DNA of 48,963 nt from a virus. Its lineage: Duplodnaviria; Caudoviricetes. This document shows, piece after piece, positions 27,606 through 34,708 of the stretch. How positions within the stretch are numbered: position 1 is the stretch's first letter; each line of letters begins with the position of its first letter. The notes beneath the pieces are model-generated. The model was not told the DNA's origin. It did no database searches and saw only the letters and a list, made by a program, of their open reading frames with translations. Position numbers and translations under genes: made by a program. The stretch is taken from positions 1 through 48,963 of IMG/VR virus record IMGVR_UViG_3300037467_000240, one strand, 5' to 3'.

Positions 27606-28049
27606 TTACGGCACCAGGCCCGCGTAGCCCACGAATTCGATGGCGATGACCTCGCCCACAGCGCCGGTCTCCAGCGCATAGGCCACGATCACGTCGCCGG
27701 TTGCGTCGGCCAGGTAGCCAGCGCCGTCCACCTCGGTGGAGTTGCCGCCGACGCGGATGGCCTGGCCGGGAGCCGTGACCGCCTCGCCCAGCTCGATCAG
27801 CGCCTGGCAACCGTCCGGCAGCACCATGGTGCTGGAGCAGACCGCGCTCTTGACGTTCTGGTCCGTCTTCATGCCCAGGATGCCGCGAGCAGCAGCACCG
27901 TTGGCGCCAGGGACGTGAGTGATCACTTCCTTGAACGCACCGGAAGTCTTCCAGGTGCAGAAGCGGAACGGCAGGGCCGCACCCACGCCGCTGGAGTCAT
28001 TGGTGACCGCCACCGTGATGGAGCGGCAGGCCTCGTAAGTCGCGGACAT
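27606..28049 (-). CDS. head decoration / capsid cement protein
   Basis: Small Gly/Ala-rich beta protein between scaffold and MCP; YALETGAVGEVIAIE ending. Confidence 0.72.
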   Translation of the reverse strand: MSATYEACRSITVAVTNDSSGVGAALPFRFCTWKTSGAFKEVITHVPGANGAAARGILGMKTDQNVKSAVCSSTMVLPDGCQALIELGEAVTAPGQAIRVGGNSTEVDGAGYLADATGDVIVAYALETGAVGEVIAIEFVGYAGLVP

Positions 28050-28143
28050 GATTGTCTCCTGATCCGGTGGCTATCTTCTGACACCTTAGGCCCGGACTGC
28101 CTGCGCAGCCGGGCCAGAAGGCTGGGCGTTGAGCCCTGAGTGG

Positions 28144-29088
28144 TTAGGCGAGCGCCTTGTACAGCGCCCGGCCTTCGTCGGTGTCGAGCACGGCACTGTA
28201 CGCCTTGGCAAAGTCCACCTTCGTCGCCGTCGCGTGGGCCTTGGCCAGCTCGTCCAGCTTGGCTTCCGCCTCAGCCTTGGACATCTTGGTCGGGTCCGTC
28301 TCGTCCTTGTCGTCCGCACCACCGGTGCGGCCGTTCTTCGCGAAGGCTCCACCCATCGCCGCGTTGGCGGCGCGCAGGCTCTTCATGACTTCGTCGCGGG
28401 TCTTCTGGTCAGCGATGCCGTCCACGGCCTTCAGCAGGGCCTTGCGGGTGTCGATGTCACCGGCCATCTTGCTGATGTCGGTCTCAGCGCGCTTGGCCAG
28501 GTCCTGGTCCGTGCGGGCCGCCTTCTCCACCAGCAGGTCCTTGCGGAGCTGGTCGTTGGACTTCGCGAGCTGGACCACCAGATCACCGGCCGACTTGCGG
28601 ATGTCGGTACCGTCCAGCGTGGTGTAGACCACCGGGTCATCGCCCTTGGTCAGGGCGATGGCGGCGTCACGGCCGGAGGCGTCCTTGGCCAGGAAGGCGT
28701 CCTTGGCGGCGTCGTCGGACAGGCTGTCGTAGTGGGCCTTGTGGATGGCCGACAGCGCGATGATCTTGTCCGACTTCTCCAGACGGGCGATCAGCGCCGG
28801 GTCGGTGGCCGGAGCCGCCTTGCTGATGGACTGCGGCACCACGTCCAGCGCGTTCAGCGTGGTCGCGGCCTTCATGATCTCAGCTTGGTTGGCCGTGGCA
28901 TAGGCCGGGTCCGTCAGGGACTTGGCGATGGCGGCCAGCAGTTCTTCGCGGGTCTTGAACATGGGGGTCTCCGGCTCCTTGGGCGGTTCAGCCCGCTTCA
29001 TCAGTTGAACAGTTGCGCCGGGCTGAGCCGGACGGTCCACGCCGCTGATCTCGCTGAGCTTCAGCTTGGTGATACGATGCTTGGCCAT
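28144..29088 (-). CDS. capsid scaffolding protein with N-terminal protease-like segment
   Basis: Helical and Ala/Lys/Asp-rich; N-terminal SEISGVDRPAQPGA; internal SD+ATG at 28962. Confidence 0.7.
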   Translation of the reverse strand: MAKHRITKLKLSEISGVDRPAQPGATVQLMKRAEPPKEPETPMFKTREELLAAIAKSLTDPAYATANQAEIMKAATTLNALDVVPQSISKAAPATDPALIARLEKSDKIIALSAIHKAHYDSLSDDAAKDAFLAKDASGRDAAIALTKGDDPVVYTTLDGTDIRKSAGDLVVQLAKSNDQLRKDLLVEKAARTDQDLAKRAETDISKMAGDIDTRKALLKAVDGIADQKTRDEVMKSLRAANAAMGGAFAKNGRTGGADDKDETDPTKMSKAEAEAKLDELAKAHATATKVDFAKAYSAVLDTDEGRALYKALA

Positions 29089-29498
29089 CAGGCAACCTCT
29101 TCAAGGTTGCCGACGCCGCCGATGCTGAAACCCTTGTATTCGCCGGAGACGAACTTGGCCAGCAGCGCCGCATCGGGCTTCATGGCGATCATCAGTCCGG
29201 TCTTGGGCGGGTCAGGCAGGCCGAAGGTCTTGGCGATCTCACCGGTCAGGGGGAACATGAAGGCGATCTCGCCAGTGATGTCGTCGCCCCGGTCGGACTT
29301 GCCGTGCATGTCCTTGGCCACACGGCTGTTCACGGCGAAGTCAGTGGCAGCCTCCAGCATCACGTCCTCGGGGATGTGGTGATCCTGAAGGTCGTAGTGG
29401 TCCTGACCGTTCTCCTTGCAGACGATGGCGAAGCCGAAGACAAGACCAAGGGTCTCATCGGCTTTCAGCACTTCGACTGAGGAAAGGACGTCAGGCAC
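29088..29498 (-). CDS. XkdF-like prohead serine protease
   Basis: GLVFGFA, DLQDHHI, DMHG, GEYKGFSIGG. Confidence 0.8.
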   Translation of the reverse strand: MPDVLSSVEVLKADETLGLVFGFAIVCKENGQDHYDLQDHHIPEDVMLEAATDFAVNSRVAKDMHGKSDRGDDITGEIAFMFPLTGEIAKTFGLPDPPKTGLMIAMKPDAALLAKFVSGEYKGFSIGGVGNLEEVA

Positions 29499-29559
29499 AG
29501 GCGCATCGCAGCTTGGACGTTGGCGATGCTATGAGCCAACTGAATGATGAGCTGATCGT

Positions 29560-30555
29560 CTACTGTACCTTGATCCGTCTCGTCAAGAGGCACCGGCATT
29601 GAATTACTTCCTCAGCTGGTGCATTCGGATCGCCGGGATACCTGATATCACCATTCTTGGTCTGAAACGGGACACCGAACGGACGTGTCTGACCGTTGAG
29701 ATTATGGTGGGTATCACGCTCATGACCATCAAGGTGGGTGCTCCACTTTGATATCAAGTTATCAGGGCTGAGCATGCCTTGATCAATCGCTTGATTGTAG
29801 GCTTCCTCTGTGCCTTCGTGTACAGCCCGAAGGGCCTGCGTCCGCGCGATTACCTCAGCCCGATACTTGACATATCGCTCGCTGTAGCGCTGGACCATGC
29901 GGTCGATTTGCGTGGGTGTCAGAGGTTGCCCGCGACGGATGGCTGCTTCAACTGTGCGGTCGAAGCGGCCATCACGCAGCGCGCGGCTGAGAGCCTCACG
30001 CTGGTCCCCCACGGAAAGGTTGGCGTCCCCAGCTTGCTCAAGGAGACGCCTGTAATTGAGCACGGCCCCGGCTTGACTGTCAGTGAGCCCAACGACATCG
30101 CGGAAGTTGCGTGCCTGGTCAATAGGGTTCAGCCCAGCCTGGACGCCGTTCATCAGCACCCTGTGGACGGCCAGCTGCTGGTCAGCCGTAAAGCCCCGGA
30201 TCAGGTCCAGCTGCGTCTGCTGCATAGCAGCTAGCGCGCGGGTGTTGATTACATCGAAGGCTACACGGCCGACATCGGCAGCGGTCAGAAACGCCGCCGT
30301 GTCCACCCCGGCAGAGATAAACGTGAGCGTCGATGCTTGCGCAAGTTGTTCAGAGACGCCTTTAACGATGTCCAGAGCTTCATAGTAGCGACCTTGCTCC
30401 AGTAGTTCAGCGATCAGCTCAAGATCAAGATTGGCCTTGAGTTGCTCAATAGCAGTCGTGAAGATGCGCGATATGCGCGCCTCTCCTTGAGAGAGCAGCG
30501 CGCGGATGCGTTCTTCAGGATCGACAACATCAGGCACTGGCAGCCGTCCGGTCAC
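29560..30555 (-). CDS. head morphogenesis protein (Mu gpF / SPP1 gp7-like)
   Basis: RAEVIART, ERDTH..LNGQ, YPGDP...IQCRC. Confidence 0.85.
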   Translation of the reverse strand: MTGRLPVPDVVDPEERIRALLSQGEARISRIFTTAIEQLKANLDLELIAELLEQGRYYEALDIVKGVSEQLAQASTLTFISAGVDTAAFLTAADVGRVAFDVINTRALAAMQQTQLDLIRGFTADQQLAVHRVLMNGVQAGLNPIDQARNFRDVVGLTDSQAGAVLNYRRLLEQAGDANLSVGDQREALSRALRDGRFDRTVEAAIRRGQPLTPTQIDRMVQRYSERYVKYRAEVIARTQALRAVHEGTEEAYNQAIDQGMLSPDNLISKWSTHLDGHERDTHHNLNGQTRPFGVPFQTKNGDIRYPGDPNAPAEEVIQCRCLLTRRIKVQ

Positions 30556-30925
30556 GACACTGGATCGTGAAGGTGGAGCCAGCCGGGTCTGAGCCCACCA
30601 AGCGCACAGCGGTCAAGGACGTCTGTGCGTTGCGGCCAGCGTCGAATATGGTGATAACGTCCTCAGCCTGGGGCACCAGGTCCACCTTCATGATCAACGC
30701 CTTACGGTCCCCAGCGAGCACCAGCGTACCGTCCACCTCGTTGTTCTCATAGTCCACCCAGATGCCCTTACAAGGGTGGTCGGCGGGGTCCCGCACTAGG
30801 CCGCCAGTGGGGTCGCCCGGATCACGGGTGCCTTCGCTAAGGCGCGTGATCTTGGCGTCATACAGGCCAGTGGCCACGTGTTTGTCAAGGATCGCCTTGA
30901 TGTCAACGCCGAACAGCTTGGCCAT
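30530..30925 (-). CDS. head-tail joining/closure protein
   Basis: VDGTLVLAGDRKALI...SDPAGSTFTIQCR. Confidence 0.7.
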   Translation of the reverse strand: MAKLFGVDIKAILDKHVATGLYDAKITRLSEGTRDPGDPTGGLVRDPADHPCKGIWVDYENNEVDGTLVLAGDRKALIMKVDLVPQAEDVITIFDAGRNAQTSLTAVRLVGSDPAGSTFTIQCRDRTAASA

Positions 30926-31618
30926 CTAGACCACCGTACACTCGAATTGGTGCCAGCCAGCGTTGATCCGACAACTGTCACACCACACCTTGCCATAGAA
31001 GGTGGGATCGCGCCGGATACGCTCCTTGAAGTGGTCGTGAATCACGTAGGTTCGGCCACAGGCCTTGTGCCTAAGATCGTAGGGACCGCCTTGGACCTCA
31101 ACAACCGTGTAGTTGTACGATGTGTTGCGGTTGCGAGTCAGGTGTCCACCCCAGTGCCCCCCTTGGGCAGCCCTCAATACATTCTCACCGTTGTGACCGT
31201 GGCGGGCATCATCCCTGTGGGCTTCGATCAACGGATCAGCGTCATCCAGCGCCTTCGCAGCTCGCTGGATCAGGGCCTCCACACGCTCACGGGTCTGTGG
31301 GGTCCACTTGATCGTGGTCACGTCGTCGGTCATGTCATGGCAGGCTTCGATCAGCGCCGTGGTCACGTCGATCACCTCTTGGATGATCGGGTGGTCTGAT
31401 TTCAACTTCAGGATGTCAGTACCGAACCGCCGGAGGTCATTGAGCTTCACCCATGCTTTGCCCTCGCTGATACGACCAGCTTGGACGTCGCAGCGGTTGA
31501 GGAAATTGTGTACGTAGGCGAAGGCTGCGTGCCCATGGAACAGAATGCATGCCGGGCACGGCTCGCTCTGATCATACGGCGGGTTGTACAGGCGCTGAGG
31601 TTGCATGGTTGGGCTCAT
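30926..31618 (-). CDS. hypothetical protein with C-terminal Cys/His metal-binding motif
   Basis: HKACG...RDPTFYGKVWCDSC; also an N-terminal CPAC. Confidence 0.65.
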   Translation of the reverse strand: MSPTMQPQRLYNPPYDQSEPCPACILFHGHAAFAYVHNFLNRCDVQAGRISEGKAWVKLNDLRRFGTDILKLKSDHPIIQEVIDVTTALIEACHDMTDDVTTIKWTPQTRERVEALIQRAAKALDDADPLIEAHRDDARHGHNGENVLRAAQGGHWGGHLTRNRNTSYNYTVVEVQGGPYDLRHKACGRTYVIHDHFKERIRRDPTFYGKVWCDSCRINAGWHQFECTVV

Positions 31619-32124
31619 TGGTAGATGTCCGGCTTGTATTCGTTGCAGTCGAAGCGCGAGGGGAAGTCCGTGCCGCCAGCGTAGCCGTACAGGCCTTCCA
31701 CTGTGGCTCCGCTGCCAAGCAACGCGCTGATGAGGTCGAAGGCAGCCTGCGGCAGAGGCGTGCCGTCCACCGGCCTGAAGAACTCGACCTTGGCAGGACC
31801 AGCCCCCGCGCTCTTGATGTTGGACGCAGACGACGGATTGCTGAACAGGTCAGGCTGCGTCAGCATGTCCGCCGCAAGGAGCGCGCAGGCCTGAGAAACT
31901 GCCGCAGGAGCAGTCTCGTCAGTCGGGGGTGCCGTCCCTGCAGCCCACTTCAGCCGTTGCAGCAGGCGCGTGGCGCTAGCCAGTCCGCGACCCTTCTCGT
32001 CAGCTGACCGGGCTGCCCAGGCCGCGAACCGCTCCACGTCCGCCAGCAAATAGGTGGATGCGTCAGTCACGGTGATGTAGGAAGGGAACTGCGTGGCAGC
32101 GACGGTGACAGTGATAGCGGTCAT
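31615..32124 (-). CDS. head-tail adaptor (DnaT-like annotated family)
   Basis: SYITVTDASTY, L.SATRLL..L.W, AVSQACALLA; follows the portal. Confidence 0.7.
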   Translation of the reverse strand: MTAITVTVAATQFPSYITVTDASTYLLADVERFAAWAARSADEKGRGLASATRLLQRLKWAAGTAPPTDETAPAAVSQACALLAADMLTQPDLFSNPSSASNIKSAGAGPAKVEFFRPVDGTPLPQAAFDLISALLGSGATVEGLYGYAGGTDFPSRFDCNEYKPDIYQ

Positions 32125-33620
32125 TTGGCCCCAGCCTCTCCAGACTTGACGTCTTTGCCCTTGCCCTTGGACTTGTCGTCCGCAGGCGGTTTGCCCATGG
32201 CAGCCTGGGCCTTCGCCGTCAGGGCCTCCAGCTCAGCGCCGGTCTTGAGGGCTGCGTTCTCCATCTCCCGGTCCAGCATCTCCTGGGGCGTGCGCGACAG
32301 CCCAAGCAGGTCACGCATCTCACCAATCGCCGGATCGTCGGGCGGCAGGACCGCTCCGGCCGCAGCCATGTCCTTCAGCGTCGTCGCCATCATGGCCACA
32401 TCCTTGAATTGGACATCTTCGGTCTTGAGCTTGGGCCACAGCTCCTTGGGAATGCCGTTGAGCGTACACAACGCCCCCACGAAGTCCCGGTTGTAGGCAT
32501 CCCGGATGTCGTTCTGGCACGACGTCACGGTCATGTAGAAGTCCGTCACCTTCATGGTGCCGAGTGCTAGGGAGCCGGTGCCATCACTGCCGAGCAGCAG
32601 GTGGTCAGTCCCGAGGACAGTGGCCAGCTCCCGGTTGAGTCGATTGATGGCGTTGGCCACCTCGCCTTGGCCGGACGCGTCACCCTGGAGCAGGCTGACG
32701 TCCCACATCTTCTCATTGGATGGTGCTTGCTTGTCATCCGTCGTGATGAAGGTGGCGCTGTCCATCAGCAACCCGGACTTCTCATTGCGGATGTGGTTGC
32801 CGAGGAACCGGGTCAACGGCCCAAGGAGCTTGGTGGCCTCAGGCGCGGTCAGCTTGCCTTGGCGCTCCATCTCCCGCAGCTGCGTCAGTGGCGCGCGGGC
32901 GATGGGAATGCCACGCAGGTCTGTCTCATAGCCGACCTGCTCAAGCTCCTCGTACGCTGTGAGGCGTTCCACGGTCTTGACAAGGTGACGCAGGATGCCC
33001 AGGCCCTCAGGGCTGTCATTGAGCGAGTCATCCACCAGGTGGATGATCTTCTTGCGCGGCAGGTAAATCTCACCGGCCGCCAACTCCGGCAGCTGCCAGC
33101 ACCCGAGGACTGACCCGTTGTCGTCCAAGTCCCAACGTTCGATGGTAGATTGGGGCCGTGCCTCCACGTCCAGCATGCCGAGCTTGCCGTCAACGTCGCG
33201 GCGCTTGGCGGTCCACTCCTGGATGCTGAAGCCGAAGTAGCGGAACATGGCAGCCCGGCGGATGACCTTCGACCAGGGGGTGGTCATGTCGCACATACAT
33301 GACTCAATGAAATCCGCGACTTCTTTCGCGCCGTTGAGCTCTTTGCCCTGGCTATCGGTCGCAGGCTCCACGCTCCAGGAGGACTTGCCGAGGATGTTGA
33401 GGAAGTAGCGGGTGCCAGCGGCCACGATGGACGTGTTGGCCAGGATGTCGCTGTAGGTGCGGTACTTGGCCTTGCCAGCGATGGAGGGGGAGCGCTCACG
33501 CTCAACCAGGTATCCACCGTAGGCCGTGGCCCCGCCCTTACCGGCTGTCACTGTGGGAGCGACGGCCTTGCGGCCAGGGCTGACGGCCTTCAGAATGTTG
33601 GTGAAAAGGCCGTCAGCCAT
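32121..33620 (-). CDS. portal protein
   Basis: About 500 aa; YFGFSIQEW, RPQSTIERW, PEGLGILR, GSLAL; SD GAGGAG before ATG 33620. Confidence 0.88.
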   Translation of the reverse strand: MADGLFTNILKAVSPGRKAVAPTVTAGKGGATAYGGYLVERERSPSIAGKAKYRTYSDILANTSIVAAGTRYFLNILGKSSWSVEPATDSQGKELNGAKEVADFIESCMCDMTTPWSKVIRRAAMFRYFGFSIQEWTAKRRDVDGKLGMLDVEARPQSTIERWDLDDNGSVLGCWQLPELAAGEIYLPRKKIIHLVDDSLNDSPEGLGILRHLVKTVERLTAYEELEQVGYETDLRGIPIARAPLTQLREMERQGKLTAPEATKLLGPLTRFLGNHIRNEKSGLLMDSATFITTDDKQAPSNEKMWDVSLLQGDASGQGEVANAINRLNRELATVLGTDHLLLGSDGTGSLALGTMKVTDFYMTVTSCQNDIRDAYNRDFVGALCTLNGIPKELWPKLKTEDVQFKDVAMMATTLKDMAAAGAVLPPDDPAIGEMRDLLGLSRTPQEMLDREMENAALKTGAELEALTAKAQAAMGKPPADDKSKGKGKDVKSGEAGAK

Positions 33621-33694
33621 ACCGAGGCTCCTCAAATCAGACGAGCAGCCTTACCCTGAACGATGGCGGATCGTCTAGGGAACAGGACCTGATG

Positions 33695-34699
33695 CTAGCA
33701 GGCCGGATCAACGATGCTGGGGCGATTGGCGCCAGCTTCCACTATGTTGCCGCAGCGCTTCACGTAGGTGGAGCGCTCGGTGTTGATGCTGGTCCGCCAC
33801 TGAGCAAGCGGCAGCGTCGCCACGCGATTGTTGGTGAGCTGGCATTGGCGGCAGTCATACAGGGCGATGCCCTGCGGATAGCTGCCCAGCACGTAGTTGT
33901 CGCTCACCGTGATCCGGTCGAAGCCGCCATCATCCACGCCGTCCCGGACGTGATTGAAGCCGCTGAACCCCTGGCTGTCGCCAAAGGAGCTGTTGAACCG
34001 GATCGTGATGTCGGCCACCGGCGGGAAGGTCGGACGGCTGTACATCTGGATGCAGTCGGGGTGTTCCAGGCTGGTGATGCGCGTGCCGTCGCAGACGTTC
34101 CGCTCGATCAGGCCCTTGTTGCTGCCTGGGCCAACGTTCACGCCATCCGACCGCATCGTGGTGAAGCGATTGCCCGCAATCCTGAAGTCGTGCGAGCCGT
34201 TGTCCATCACGATGCCGATCTTGAAGCCGTGGAACACGTTGTTGGTGATCGACATGTTGGCCGTGGCGTTGGACCGCAGCCCGTAGCCGTCGCCCTTGGC
34301 CCCCATCACACCGGCAATGCTGACCTCCGGTCCCTTGAGGAAGGCACCATTGAGGCTGAAGCCGGAGCCACCCGTGAGGATGATGGCATAGTTGTAGCAG
34401 TTCGTCAGAGCGCCGGGCACGCAGCCGTTGAGGAATGTGCCGCCCGTCACCTTGAAGTTGTTGACGTTCTTGAGGCTCATGCCGTTGATAGTGGAGCCGC
34501 GAGCGTCCACGGTCACGCTGGTGAAGGGGCGATCCTGGAGGACGATGGCGCTGTATGTCCCAGGAGCCAGGATGACAGTGTCACCGTCCTTGACAGCAGC
34601 CCAGGCCGTCCTGGTCGCTGTCTCAGGCGTGAAGTTGAGCGTTGCAGCGAGCGCAGGCGCTGCTAACAGGGTGAGCAGGAAGGCGAGCAGAAGTCGCAT
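33695..34699 (-). CDS. right-handed beta-helix (pectate-lyase-like) protein with Sec signal peptide
   Basis: MRLLLAFLLTLLAAPALA/A signal; GDTVILAPGTY; repeated I.NN.F turns; HPDCIQ. Confidence 0.8.
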   Translation of the reverse strand: MRLLLAFLLTLLAAPALAATLNFTPETATRTAWAAVKDGDTVILAPGTYSAIVLQDRPFTSVTVDARGSTINGMSLKNVNNFKVTGGTFLNGCVPGALTNCYNYAIILTGGSGFSLNGAFLKGPEVSIAGVMGAKGDGYGLRSNATANMSITNNVFHGFKIGIVMDNGSHDFRIAGNRFTTMRSDGVNVGPGSNKGLIERNVCDGTRITSLEHPDCIQMYSRPTFPPVADITIRFNSSFGDSQGFSGFNHVRDGVDDGGFDRITVSDNYVLGSYPQGIALYDCRQCQLTNNRVATLPLAQWRTSINTERSTYVKRCGNIVEAGANRPSIVDPAC

Positions 34700-34708
34700 G
34701 TGGTCTCC

